From Smithellaceae bacterium (lineage in GTDB: Bacteria; Desulfobacterota; Syntrophia; Syntrophales; Smithellaceae), in contig CAXXVL010000002.1 in assembly GCA_963667845.2 (NCBI GenBank), forward strand, positions 3,040,001-3,104,000: a stretch of DNA of 64,000 bases, in the 5' to 3' direction. A program made the position numbers and the translations under genes. Below are positions 1 through 9,678 of the stretch, one piece after another; within the stretch, counting starts at the first letter, position 1, and each line of letters starts with the position of its first letter. The notes under the pieces are model-generated. The model saw only the letters and a list, made by a program, of their open reading frames with translations. It was not told the DNA's origin and ran no database searches.

Positions 1-2
1 AG

Positions 3-338
3 AAATATGTAAAGGTCGATGAAGAGAAGGCGGTCAGAGAATTAACGGAAAGCCTTTTTTTCGGCGACGATATCCGTCAGGCGATCGCCGAGTTTAACGC
101 GAAAGAAACAACGGAAGCACAGATTGCCCGTGATGCCGATCAAATTGCGCTCATCCTGCAGTTAAAGGAGTACGGCGATTTGGGCAATAAATATTCCGAT
201 GAATGGATCGAATATGCTCTGCAGAGGCTTTCCACCGAAGAAGGCAAGACGCTTGCGGCCCGCATTATTCAGACGGATTCCTCTCATTGGTGGTTCAAAG
301 ACAAAAGTGATTGGTGGATTAACGGAACCAGCCGTTGA
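3..338 (+). CDS. HD-domain hydrolase (YfbR/HD_3-like), C-terminal part, truncated by window start
   Basis: Open frame 3-338, not in the ORF track: KYVKVDEEKAVRELTESLFFGDDIRQAIAEFNAKETTEAQIARDADQIALILQLKEY...; the E-A-x-x-A-R-D-A-D motif is typical of HD_3 proteins. Confidence 0.7.
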   Translation, partial: KYVKVDEEKAVRELTESLFFGDDIRQAIAEFNAKETTEAQIARDADQIALILQLKEYGDLGNKYSDEWIEYALQRLSTEEGKTLAARIIQTDSSHWWFKDKSDWWINGTSR

Positions 339-365
339 CACATCATAGCGTTCGGAAAGGAATGT

Positions 366-815
366 ATGATTAAAAAATGGATTCGTTTGCTCTGTGCGGC
401 GACACTGATGCTGTCTCTTACGGCATGTGCCCATGAACTTGGATCGGGGTTGGGATCGGATGTCATATCCAAACCGGAAGAATACCGGCATATCTATGAG
501 GCGAAAGAGAGAATCATACTGAGGTCGATTGTCGGTGTGCTAAAAGAGAAGAAAATCGGCGAGAATATTTCCGTCGATTATCGCCTTAACACAATCGATT
601 CGGATTATGTGATTTCGGATGAATGGCGAATAAAGACCAATGCCCGCGTCCGGAGGCTTAATTGGAAGGAATGCGAAGTGAGCCTGATCGTGACGACGGA
701 GAAGAAAACGAAAACGGGCTGGGAATTACGGCGCCTGCTGGGCAAAGAGCAATATGACAATTTTTTCAGCGTGATTGATTTGAAGATCTATGAAGAAATG
801 GCCAAGGTCGAATAA
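366..815 (+). CDS. Hypothetical lipoprotein
   Basis: Signal peptide with lipobox LTAC; 149 aa. Confidence 0.7.
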   Translation: MIKKWIRLLCAATLMLSLTACAHELGSGLGSDVISKPEEYRHIYEAKERIILRSIVGVLKEKKIGENISVDYRLNTIDSDYVISDEWRIKTNARVRRLNWKECEVSLIVTTEKKTKTGWELRRLLGKEQYDNFFSVIDLKIYEEMAKVE

Positions 816-850
816 AGAGGCAGAAATATTCTCTCGGAGGGAGGAGCGAT

Positions 851-1255
851 ATGGATGCAAAGAAGAAAATGTCGTCAGTGCTGGACGAATTTAAGAATTT
901 TGCACTAAAGGGCAATGTCGTCGATCTGGCGATCGGTGTGATCATCGGGGCGGCATTCGGCAAAATTGTCGACTCACTGGTGAAGCATATTCTCATGCCG
1001 GTGATCAGTGTTATTATCCCGGGTGAACAGGGGTATCTGGCCTGGAAATGGGTGGTCAACGGCAAAGAAATCCCCTATGGATTGTTTATCGGAGAAATCG
1101 TCAACTTTCTGATTGTCGCAGTGGCCTTATATATCTTTATTGTAAAGTTTTTGGGCATGATTATGAAAAGCAAACAGGCGGACAAGGCGGCACCGCCTCC
1201 GCCGACAAAAGACCAGGAACTGCTTATGGAAATCCGTGATTTGCTGAAGAAATAA
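851..1255 (+). CDS. mscL: Large-conductance mechanosensitive channel
   Basis: EFKNFALKGNVVDLAIGVIIGAAFGKIV and C-terminal LLMEIRDLLKK; RBS GGAGGAG. Confidence 0.97.
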   Translation: MDAKKKMSSVLDEFKNFALKGNVVDLAIGVIIGAAFGKIVDSLVKHILMPVISVIIPGEQGYLAWKWVVNGKEIPYGLFIGEIVNFLIVAVALYIFIVKFLGMIMKSKQADKAAPPPPTKDQELLMEIRDLLKK

Positions 1256-1269
1256 GAATGCGCTGATAT

Positions 1270-1307
1270 TCATGATCTCCCGCGTCCGTTGAGGCGGGAG
1301 ATCATGA
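1270..1307. terminator. Inverted repeat between convergent genes, likely bidirectional terminator
   Basis: TCATGATCTCCCGC ... GCGGGAGATCATGA. Confidence 0.7.
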
Positions 1308-1312
1308 TACGT

Positions 1313-1747
1313 TTACTCCACCTTGAACTGAATGTCTTTGACGACTTTGCCGGCCGCGTCGCGGATTTCGATTTTCCAGTCGCCTTTTTGACCATTTATT
1401 TTTTTATCAGCCCGGGTTCTCCATTGCGGACCCTTCTTCAACGGCAAATCTGTTTTTAAAATTTCTTTTCCGCTAAACATCCAGACAAATGTAACGGTAG
1501 TATCTTCGGCAATGTCTTTAGCGTCGAGGAAACAAATGATTTTTTCAGTTGAAGCGGGAAAGGTTTCGGCCACACCCTGAGGCTCGCGGTTATCGACGCC
1601 GGTCCCAACCACCAGGCGGGCAACGGTCCACCCCACGTTTTCCTTGACTGGCGATGTCTGCTGACTTTCTTTCTGGCCATATGCCATAAATAATACGCTC
1701 CCCGCAAAAAGCGCGACCACCACGAAAGCTGTCATTAGTTTCTTCAT
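1313..1747 (-). CDS. Exported Ig-like protein (DUF2914-like)
   Basis: Signal peptide; GVDNREP, WRT and GDWKIEIRD motifs; RBS GGAGGA before ATG at 1747. Confidence 0.75.
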   Translation of the reverse strand: MKKLMTAFVVVALFAGSVLFMAYGQKESQQTSPVKENVGWTVARLVVGTGVDNREPQGVAETFPASTEKIICFLDAKDIAEDTTVTFVWMFSGKEILKTDLPLKKGPQWRTRADKKINGQKGDWKIEIRDAAGKVVKDIQFKVE

Positions 1748-1870
1748 CAGGTCCTCCTTCACTCAATGTTGTTGAACGTTTGCAGTTTTAGAGAAGTGCT
1801 TGAAATTGGAAAAATTATATAATAACAGCGCCAGAGGAAGCAAATCTTTTTTGCAAAAAAGATTACTAGG

Positions 1871-2175
1871 ATGGAAATGATGGCAGGAACGCAACATGTC
1901 CTATCACGAAAATCACCCTCCGGACTGTCCATTGTTTTGAATCGCCCTGAAGTGATCAACAGCTTGAACAAATCCTTGATCGACATGATTGATCATCTGC
2001 TGGATAAAGCGGCAGCGGATCCCGAATGAATGTCTATTTGTTCTTTCTTACGACATGACACGGCATCCGGACTATTTAGAAGATATCCGGGCAAGGCTCA
2101 TCAGACCGGGACGACAGACCAAAATGGAATCCTGACAGGATCGAGAGCGTCGATTTATCAGGATTCCAGTCCTGA
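1871..2175 (+). pseudogene. Internally deleted, frameshifted enoyl-CoA hydratase / 3-hydroxyisobutyryl-CoA hydrolase-family remnant
   Basis: N-terminal IVLNRPEVINSLN..DPE(fs)CLFVL joined directly to C-terminal HPDYLEDIRARLI(fs)DRDDRPKWNPDRIESVDLS. Confidence 0.7.
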
Positions 2176-2243
2176 ATTCAATAGTAGATCTTTACCGGGA
2201 TGTCGTCGTGAGGTGCCTGATGCATTCCGGTGAAGTGCGGATG

Positions 2244-2426
2244 CTATTTCTTATGATTGCGGAAGAATCCCATCAGGAATTCGGTATCCTTTGGGGATAA
2301 ATCAAACTTAAATACGGCCTTCTCAATCAGCATGTGCAGTGGCTGGCCGGCGCTGTCTTCCAGGCTCGCGGAAATCCACTTAATCGCTTTCTGAATATTT
2401 TCACCTTCCGGCATTACTGTTGCCAT
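2244..2426 (-). CDS. Small hypothetical protein (60 aa)
   Basis: MATVMPEGENIQKAIKWIS...FDLSPKDTEFL; RBS GAGGAGG upstream of ATG at 2426. Confidence 0.75.
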   Translation of the reverse strand: MATVMPEGENIQKAIKWISASLEDSAGQPLHMLIEKAVFKFDLSPKDTEFLMGFFRNHKK

Positions 2427-3072
2427 AATCTGGTTCCTCCTCGTCAATGAATATAATTGCTCCCCGTCAGGATGAAAGAAATACACTGCAAAGAACGTTG
2501 CTATCCCATACTACACTATGACTCAAAAATTAACTAAATTTTGTATAAATTGTTGCCGGAACGTGGAATTATTAAATACAGCGGGTTGGATACAGTCAAT
2601 GTTAACACAATATTTACAAACGAAGGAAAGAGTGGAAAAAATCTTCTATTGTTTTAACACGGATTTAGCGGACGCCTGTGCCGAGTGATCGGGGCTTCTT
2701 GAGAGGATGTCAGCTCAGCGTCGAAGCATAATCGGGCCGGCGTTTGCGGTTCCCATGCTCCACGCTGTTGCCTGTTTCAACCGAGATTGCCATGTTAGGA
2801 CTAACATAACGCCCGGAATGCCGGGCATTTAACCGATAGCGTTACAGGATGCACCGTGTTTGCAACTACTGTGGCAACGTAGCGACAAGAAAAAGTCGAT
2901 GCTTTTTCGTGATACTTCCCTATGGACCGGAAATGGCAAAGACCGCTGACGAGGCAGCTACCCTGTAGCGGATTTTTTTGCCGCCGGTACGGATCAGAAA
3001 TATCGATTGATAAGATGACGGGAAGCATATAAAACAACACATGGAATCGATCACGAATGAAAGGAGATGAAT

Positions 3073-3651
3073 ATGGCCAAGTCACTGAAAGGAACAAAAA
3101 CGGAAAAGAATTTACTGGCGGCCTTTGCCGGTGAAGCACAAGCGAGAAATCGTTATACCTACTTTGCCAGTGCTGCAAAGAAAGAAGGTTTTGAACAGAT
3201 TTCACGTTTTTTCCTGGAGACGGCGGAAAACGAAAAAGAACACGCCAAGATCTTTTTTAAATATCTCGAAGGCGGCGAGGTTGAAGTCGTCGCGGCATAT
3301 CCCGCGGGTGTTATCGGAGATACCATGAGCAATCTGGAGGCCGCGGCCGCCGGCGAAAATATGGAATGGACGACCCTGTATGCGAATTTTGCCAATGTGG
3401 CAAAAGAGGAAGGATTTGCCGAAGTGGCCCGGTCTTTTGAGCAGATCGCCAAAGTCGAAATGTTTCATGAAAAAAGGTATCGCCGACTCGCCGCGAATAT
3501 TGCCGCCGGCGAAACGTTTAAGAAGAAAGCAACAACAAAGTGGCACTGCATTAATTGCGGATATGTGCATGAGGGAAATGAAGCGCCCCAGGAATGTCCG
3601 GCCTGCAGGCACCCGCAATCCTATTACGAGGTTTTGGCGGAAAACTATTAG
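3073..3651 (+). CDS. rbr: Rubrerythrin
   Basis: NLLAAFAGEAQARNRY, EKEH and EMFH diiron motifs; C-terminal CINC/CPAC rubredoxin domain. Confidence 0.97.
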   Translation: MAKSLKGTKTEKNLLAAFAGEAQARNRYTYFASAAKKEGFEQISRFFLETAENEKEHAKIFFKYLEGGEVEVVAAYPAGVIGDTMSNLEAAAAGENMEWTTLYANFANVAKEEGFAEVARSFEQIAKVEMFHEKRYRRLAANIAAGETFKKKATTKWHCINCGYVHEGNEAPQECPACRHPQSYYEVLAENY

Positions 3652-3679
3652 GACCCTATTGCCGGTCATTTGATTCCGG

Positions 3680-3719
3680 AAAAAAACAGCCTGCGCGATA
3701 ATACGCGGGCTGTTTTTTT
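3680..3719 (+). terminator. Intrinsic terminator after rbr
   Basis: AAAAAAACAGCCTGCG-loop-CGCGGGCTGTTTTTTT. Confidence 0.85.
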
Positions 3720-3789
3720 ATCTCGGACAGAAGATTCTTCTTCTTTGATGGCAAAAGTAATGTTCTTGAACTGATGACGCTCGTTGTGC

Positions 3790-3818
3790 TTGACAGTGAA
3801 AGGAAAATGCCCTAGATT
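3790..3818 (+). promoter_or_regulatory. Sigma-70-like promoter for GerMN-fusA genes
   Basis: TTGACA-N17-TAGATT. Confidence 0.6.
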
Positions 3819-3847
3819 GGCGCAGTTTTTCCAAGAGGAGTCACGGT

Positions 3848-4471
3848 ATGTCCACAAAAAAGCAACGCCGGTCAGATAATTTCAAGGACCGGAAAAAGAA
3901 AAAATCCACCCGGATTGCCTATCTGGTCGCCATCATCGGTGGTGTCGTTATATTGCTGGTGCTTTTCTTCGTGATTTTGTTTGATGCAATATTCCCGCCC
4001 GTTGATATGGAAGCGATAAAGAAGAAGGAAAAGAGAATTGCGGAAATTTATTTTTCCGATAGTCAGGAACGTTTCCTAGTTGGCGAGAAACGTCATATCT
4101 ATAAGGAAGAAGATGCAGCGGCGCAAGCCAGGGAAGTCGTCAAAGCACTCCTCGAGGGTTCCAAGACGGGAAACGTCAACACCTTTCCCGCTCATGTTAA
4201 TCTGAAAGATGTGAAGCTTGATAAAGATGGTACGGCCGAAGTCAATTTCAGCTCCGATTTGACGAAATTACACCCGGGCGGTTCTGCTGCGGAAATGGCC
4301 ACTATCTACTCATTGACCAATTCGTTGACAACGAATGTTCCGGACATTAAGGCCGTGAAGATCCTTGTGGAAGGCAAAGCGCTTTCTTCTATAAAGGGTC
4401 ACATTTCCGCGGTAAATTCTTTCAAACCGGATTCCGATCTCTATGCGCCGGTAAAAGGCGAGAACAACTGA
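3848..4471 (+). CDS. Membrane-anchored GerMN-domain protein
   Basis: Basic N-terminus, one TM helix; [34 protein letters not shown]. Confidence 0.85.
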   Translation: MSTKKQRRSDNFKDRKKKKSTRIAYLVAIIGGVVILLVLFFVILFDAIFPPVDMEAIKKKEKRIAEIYFSDSQERFLVGEKRHIYKEEDAAAQAREVVKALLEGSKTGNVNTFPAHVNLKDVKLDKDGTAEVNFSSDLTKLHPGGSAAEMATIYSLTNSLTTNVPDIKAVKILVEGKALSSIKGHISAVNSFKPDSDLYAPVKGENN

Positions 4472-4478
4472 TAGGCAT

Positions 4479-6512
4479 ATGGCGCCAAAAAGCAAAATAT
4501 CCAAAATACGCAATATTGGTATCGTTGCGCACATCGATGCAGGCAAGACCACGGTCAGCGAACGGATCCTCTTCTATACCGGCAAATCGTATAAGATGGG
4601 CGAAGTTCATGATGGTGAAGCGGTCATGGACTGGATGCCTCAGGAACAGGAAAGAGGGATCACGATCACATCGGCGGTGACCACCTGTACCTGGAAGAAT
4701 TCCGAAATACACATTATCGACACGCCCGGGCACGTCGATTTCACGATCGAAGTTGAACGGTCCCTGCGTGTTCTTGACGGTGCAGTGGTTGTCTTTTGTG
4801 CGGTTGCGGGCGTCGAGCCGCAGTCGGAAACCGTCTGGCATCAGGCGGATAAATACGGTGTTCCGAAGATCGCTTTTGTAAATAAGATGGACCGCATCGG
4901 TGCGGATTATTTTCATGTGATCCGGATGATGCGTGAACGTTTCACTTCCGTACCCGTGCCCGTTCAAATCCCGGTGGGCAGTGAAGATACGTTCCGCGGT
5001 GCTATTGATCTGATATCGCGGAAAATGCTGATCTGGGATGACAGCACGCAGGGTATAGACTATAAAGCGGAAGACATTCCTGCAGAATATTCCGAACAGG
5101 CGGCGCACGAACGTGAGAGATTGATCGAGACCCTGGCTGATTACGATGACGATCTGGCGGAAAAGTATCTGACCGGTGAGGAACTGTCGGTATCGCAAAT
5201 CAATGCCGCTCTGCGCAGGGCGACCATTGCCTTAAAAATTGTACCGGTCTTGTGCGGCGCAGCGCTGCGTAACAAGGGGATTCAACCCGTGCTCGATGCG
5301 GTTGTCAGCTATCTGCCTTCTCCGGAGGATATTCCGCCGGTCAAAGGCATTAATCCGAAAACAAAGCTAGAAGAAATCCGTCCGAGTTCAGATAAAGAAC
5401 CATTGGCTGCACTGGCCTTCAAGATTATGCTGGATGACGGACGAAAACTGACCTATCTGCGTATCTATTCCGGGCAGATTTCCGCGAATGATGAAGTTTA
5501 CAACGTTATCAAAAAGAAGCGCGAAAAGATCGCCCGACTTTTGCGCATGCACGCCAACAAGCGGGAAAGGATCGATAAGGCTTACGCGGGAGAACTGGTT
5601 GCTGTCCTGGGATTAAAGGAAACGACCACCGGCGATACGCTTTGCGATGAAGAACATCCGATTATACTGGAGCAAATGGAGTTTTACGAACCGGTGATCA
5701 GTCAGGCGATTGAGGCCAAAACACCCGCTGATCAGGAAAAGCTCTCCCAGGCGCTGATCAAATTGACGGAGGAAGATCCCACGCTCCGCGTCAAGTATGA
5801 AGACGAGACCGCGCAGACGGTGATATCCGGCATGGGCGAGTTGCATCTGGAGATCATTGTCGACCGGCTGAGTCGTGAATTCAATGCTCATGTGAACGTC
5901 GGGAGACCGCGCGTGGTTTATCGGGAAACCATTCAGAAAGTTGTTGAAACGGACGGCGTATTCGATAAAGAATTGGGCGATAAGAAGCATTATGGCCGAG
6001 TCCGCATCGAGCTTTCACCGCGCAAGCGGGGATCAGGTAACGAAATCATCAATCAATTGACCGAGGATATCATTCCGGCAGAATATTACGAGGCTATAGA
6101 GGAAGGTCTCCGGGAAGCCCTGTCGAGTGGAGTGCTGAGCGGATATCCGGTCATCGACGTAAGCATAAAGATTGCCGGCGGATCCTATCGTGAAGGGGAG
6201 TCTTCCGCGCAGGCCTTCAAAATTGCCGCAGCGACGGCCTTCCGTGACGGATGCCAGGCTGCCGATCCCATCATGCTTGAGCCGATCATGATGGTCGACA
6301 TTATTACGCCCAGTGAGTTTATGGGCGATGTGATCGGCGATATCAATGCCCGTCGCGGCGAAATTCAAACGGTCAATCCGAAAGGGCCGATTTCCGAAAT
6401 CAAAGCCAAAGTGCCGCTTAAGGCCATGTTCGGCTATTCCACCGATCTCCGGTCTGCGACGCAGGGTCGCGCCATATTTACAATGATTTTTGAAGAATTC
6501 AATAAGGCATGA
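4479..6512 (+). CDS. fusA: Elongation factor G, stand-alone paralog
   Basis: [44 protein letters not shown]. Confidence 0.95.
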   Translation: MAPKSKISKIRNIGIVAHIDAGKTTVSERILFYTGKSYKMGEVHDGEAVMDWMPQEQERGITITSAVTTCTWKNSEIHIIDTPGHVDFTIEVERSLRVLDGAVVVFCAVAGVEPQSETVWHQADKYGVPKIAFVNKMDRIGADYFHVIRMMRERFTSVPVPVQIPVGSEDTFRGAIDLISRKMLIWDDSTQGIDYKAEDIPAEYSEQAAHERERLIETLADYDDDLAEKYLTGEELSVSQINAALRRATIALKIVPVLCGAALRNKGIQPVLDAVVSYLPSPEDIPPVKGINPKTKLEEIRPSSDKEPLAALAFKIMLDDGRKLTYLRIYSGQISANDEVYNVIKKKREKIARLLRMHANKRERIDKAYAGELVAVLGLKETTTGDTLCDEEHPIILEQMEFYEPVISQAIEAKTPADQEKLSQALIKLTEEDPTLRVKYEDETAQTVISGMGELHLEIIVDRLSREFNAHVNVGRPRVVYRETIQKVVETDGVFDKELGDKKHYGRVRIELSPRKRGSGNEIINQLTEDIIPAEYYEAIEEGLREALSSGVLSGYPVIDVSIKIAGGSYREGESSAQAFKIAAATAFRDGCQAADPIMLEPIMMVDIITPSEFMGDVIGDINARRGEIQTVNPKGPISEIKAKVPLKAMFGYSTDLRSATQGRAIFTMIFEEFNKA

Positions 6513-6576
6513 AACGCGAACGCTTAACAGCGCGACAAGCCTGACGCAACACAAATCCTAGGGACGGGAGGAGCGA

Positions 6577-7209
6577 TTGAACGGAAGCAAAAAAAATATC
6601 ATCATCGATCTGACCAAACCACTGGACCCCTCATTTATTCCCTATTCGCACGGGAGCTATTCCGATCCGCCATTTGAAATATCGGAATGGAGTACTGTTC
6701 GAAACGATGGATTTCGCGTATCCCGGATATCTCTGGGTTCGCAGAGCGGGACGCACATCGACGCGCCGGCGCATTTTATGGAGGATGGCATCGCTCTGGA
6801 TGCCCTGCCGCCGGAGCGATTTATGGGTCGCTTCTTCCTGGTGAATTTGACGCGTGCACCTTCTTTATCCGAAGTGTTGATATCCCTTACGGCATACCGC
6901 GAAGAAGATATTCTCTTTTTAAGTACCCCGGAAAATCAATCGGCAATACTTACGCGTGAGGCGGTGCGGCGAATACTCTCGCTGCCTCCGTTCCTCCTGG
7001 CTCTGTCCGGCGATATCCTCATCGAGTCTTCTGATCCGTTGGAATTCCACCGGATGGTCGCGCGGTCGGCCAAATTTCTTGTGGAAGGGCTGGATGAAAA
7101 GGCCGCTCACAGGATAGCCGGTCATGGCGAGATGTTCATCTTTCCGCTGAGGCTACTTGGCGTCAGCGGTTCTCCTTGCCGTGTTCTTGTCCGGATGCCA
7201 AGCGGTTGA
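6577..7209 (+). CDS. Cyclase-family (kynurenine formamidase-like) metal hydrolase
   Basis: IIDLT, QSGTHIDAPAHF, PLRL..GSPCR; TTG start with RBS GGAGGAG. Confidence 0.85.
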   Translation: MNGSKKNIIIDLTKPLDPSFIPYSHGSYSDPPFEISEWSTVRNDGFRVSRISLGSQSGTHIDAPAHFMEDGIALDALPPERFMGRFFLVNLTRAPSLSEVLISLTAYREEDILFLSTPENQSAILTREAVRRILSLPPFLLALSGDILIESSDPLEFHRMVARSAKFLVEGLDEKAAHRIAGHGEMFIFPLRLLGVSGSPCRVLVRMPSG

Positions 7210-7268
7210 TCGGCAAAGTCGACCGGTGAAGATGTTTGATCCTGTTGTTCAATACGAGGAGGCATAAG

Positions 7269-8093
7269 ATGGAAGTGAACGTTCAAGAAGTCCGCCTGAC
7301 GGCGGGAGATGATGTCGATCTATTCGTTTCGGAACATGTCCCGGCGCATGCCCGGGCCGTCCTCGTCATTGTTCATGGGCTCTGCGAGCACTCGGGACGC
7401 TATCAGTACGTAACAGCCAAATTCAATGATTTCGGATATTCGGTCTATCGATTCGATAACCGGGGACACGGACGTTCCGGCGGCGACCGGGGGTATATCA
7501 ACGATTTCAATGAGCTGATCGATGATGCCCAGAAAGTCGTGGACAAGGTGAGGCTGGACAATCCCGGTCTTCCCGTCTTCATGCTGGGGCATAGCCTCGG
7601 CGGCTTTATCGCAGCCGCTTGCGCGGTGAAATATCCGGGGCGTTTATCCGGTCAGGTGCTTTCCGGCGGAGCGTTGATGATTCAACCTGCGCTTGCTGCT
7701 CTCGAAGGAGTTGACTTCAGCGAAACGCCCCGAGCCGCGATCGTCAACACACTTGCGGATTTGATATGCCGCGATCCTGAAGTGGTGCAGACTTACAGGG
7801 AAGATCCGTTGAACCTTAAAGAATTCACCACAAGATTGATGAGCGAATCATTACTTCGCGGTGCACGCTGGCTGATGAATCGCCAGGTCGACTACACTTG
7901 TCCCTGTCTAATTCTGCATGGTGGTGCGGATCAGATCGTCACCCCGGATGCATCTCTTTATTTCCACGAGCACATCGCGTCAAAGGATAAGGGACTTAAG
8001 ATTTATGACGGCCTCTATCATGAAATCCTGAACGAACCTGAAAAGGACGCAGTGATTGAAGACATACACGTATGGCTTGAGGAACGGATCTGA
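7269..8093 (+). CDS. Alpha/beta hydrolase, lysophospholipase/monoglyceride lipase family
   Basis: VHGLCEH, DNRGHGRS, GHSLGG nucleophile, YHEILNE. Confidence 0.92.
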   Translation: MEVNVQEVRLTAGDDVDLFVSEHVPAHARAVLVIVHGLCEHSGRYQYVTAKFNDFGYSVYRFDNRGHGRSGGDRGYINDFNELIDDAQKVVDKVRLDNPGLPVFMLGHSLGGFIAAACAVKYPGRLSGQVLSGGALMIQPALAALEGVDFSETPRAAIVNTLADLICRDPEVVQTYREDPLNLKEFTTRLMSESLLRGARWLMNRQVDYTCPCLILHGGADQIVTPDASLYFHEHIASKDKGLKIYDGLYHEILNEPEKDAVIEDIHVWLEERI

Positions 8094-8166
8094 TGCGCTG
8101 AGTCGATAGACGGGACTGGTGGAGATTGGCCATTGCATCCGGCACCCATAAAGTTTCGATGGGCAG

Positions 8167-9573
8167 GTGATGGGGAAGAAGCAGGAGGATGATGTGACAA
8201 GCATGCGAAATCTGCTTGAACGATTACGAGCCTCTGTCATTCTTGAAAGCGCGCGCGCGGAGTATCCGCCGACATTTGAGCAGGAATTGAATTATCAATG
8301 CGGCCGGATTCTCTTTTTCGCCTCGCTGATCACAATGGTGGCCTGGCTGCCTTATATCCCTCTTGACCGTCAACTTCATCCCGAAGAACCGCTTCTTCCC
8401 ATAATACGCGCAGGCATGTCTGCTGTCAGCCTGGTCATTTTCATTCTTTACATCTCCAGACGGTTTCCCGAACGCAATCTGTTATTTTTGAATATTCTCG
8501 GCGCTTATCTCGCAATTTCCTGCGGATTGATCACCGCTCTGGCAAAAGCCGACCCCGTGTATCTGGGAGGTAACCTCTTCATCCTGACCATGCTGGCCGT
8601 CGTCCCTGTGAAGAGGCAGTCCGTACTGATCGTTCTTGGAGCCTCACTGGCTACATTCTTTATTGTCGGGTATTTCGAGGGCATGTCTTTTCAAACGGTC
8701 AGAGCCCGTTACAGTCTGCATGATCTGTTGAGCGTGGCTGTCGTTGCTGTAATCTTCACATATCTGATGAATAAAAAACGTTACGAAAGCTGGCTGAAGT
8801 CGAAAAAAATTGAAGAACAGCGCGCAGAGTTAAAATTGGACAAGGAAAAGATTGACAAGCTTCTTTTGAATATATTGCCAGCAGCCGTCGCCCGGGAGCT
8901 TAAGGATCAGGGTCGGGTCAGGCCGATATTCTTTCCATCGGCCACGATTGCTTTTACGGATTTTGTCGGCTTTACGGAAATTGCGGAAAGACTCACACCG
9001 GATCAGCTTGTTTGGGAGCTTCATGAACTATTTTCCAGGTTTGATCGGATTATGGACAAGTATGGTCTCGAAAAGCTGAAGACCATTGGCGATGCGTATA
9101 TGTATGCCGGCGGCGTGCCGGCGATCAACGAGACGCATGCCATAGACGCCGTGCTCGGCGCTCTGGAAATTCAGTCGGTGGTTGATAAGATCAATCGGGA
9201 GAAGGCGTCCTCGGGACGTCCCGTTTTTGAGATTCGCATCGGTATGAATTCGGGGCCTCTGATGGCGGGCGTCGTGGGTGAAAAAAAATTTGTTTATGAT
9301 GTCTGGGGGGATTCAGTAAACCTGGCCAGCCGGATGGAATCGTCCGGTTGCAAAGGAAGGATCAATATTTCCGAATCGACGTATCTCCTGGTTAAAGATT
9401 ATTTTGAAACGGAAGCCCGTGGCCAGATTATGGCAAAAAATAAAGGAACCGTGGAAATGTACTTCGTCAACAGGATCAAACCGGAATTTTCGTCTGACCA
9501 AGCAGGTTTAACGATTAACGAACGTTTCCGGAAATTTTACGAAACCGTTAAGAGTAAACCGGAAGAGACTTGA
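8167..9573 (+). CDS. Membrane-bound class III adenylate cyclase
   Basis: About 6 TM helices; FTDFVGFT, KLKTIGDAYM, YDVWGDSVNLASRMES with ATP-specifying K and D. Confidence 0.92.
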   Translation: MMGKKQEDDVTSMRNLLERLRASVILESARAEYPPTFEQELNYQCGRILFFASLITMVAWLPYIPLDRQLHPEEPLLPIIRAGMSAVSLVIFILYISRRFPERNLLFLNILGAYLAISCGLITALAKADPVYLGGNLFILTMLAVVPVKRQSVLIVLGASLATFFIVGYFEGMSFQTVRARYSLHDLLSVAVVAVIFTYLMNKKRYESWLKSKKIEEQRAELKLDKEKIDKLLLNILPAAVARELKDQGRVRPIFFPSATIAFTDFVGFTEIAERLTPDQLVWELHELFSRFDRIMDKYGLEKLKTIGDAYMYAGGVPAINETHAIDAVLGALEIQSVVDKINREKASSGRPVFEIRIGMNSGPLMAGVVGEKKFVYDVWGDSVNLASRMESSGCKGRINISESTYLLVKDYFETEARGQIMAKNKGTVEMYFVNRIKPEFSSDQAGLTINERFRKFYETVKSKPEET

Positions 9574-9678
9574 ACGCGCATTCATGGAATAAGTGATCAA
9601 CCCATCTGGAAAGACGGTAAGGGGCAGATAGAAAGATTGATGACCGAAGGGCGCACGAGCCATCATAGTCGCTTATGG

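Noticed and set aside
2027..2029. TGA as a selenocysteine or read-through codon
   Set aside because: Similarity continues in a different frame, so a 4-nt duplication explains it better
2926..2988. SRP RNA, 6S RNA or c-di-GMP-I riboswitch identity for the rbr leader hairpin
   Set aside because: Lacks the SRP helix-8 CAGG/AGCA motif and the GEMM tetraloop/receptor pattern, and is too short for 6S; kept as an unassigned structure
4422..6554. Long antisense ORFs inside fusA, and similar ones inside cheA, the acyl-CoA ligase, the MCP and the RND genes
   Set aside because: Shadow frames of well-supported genes; no independent motifs
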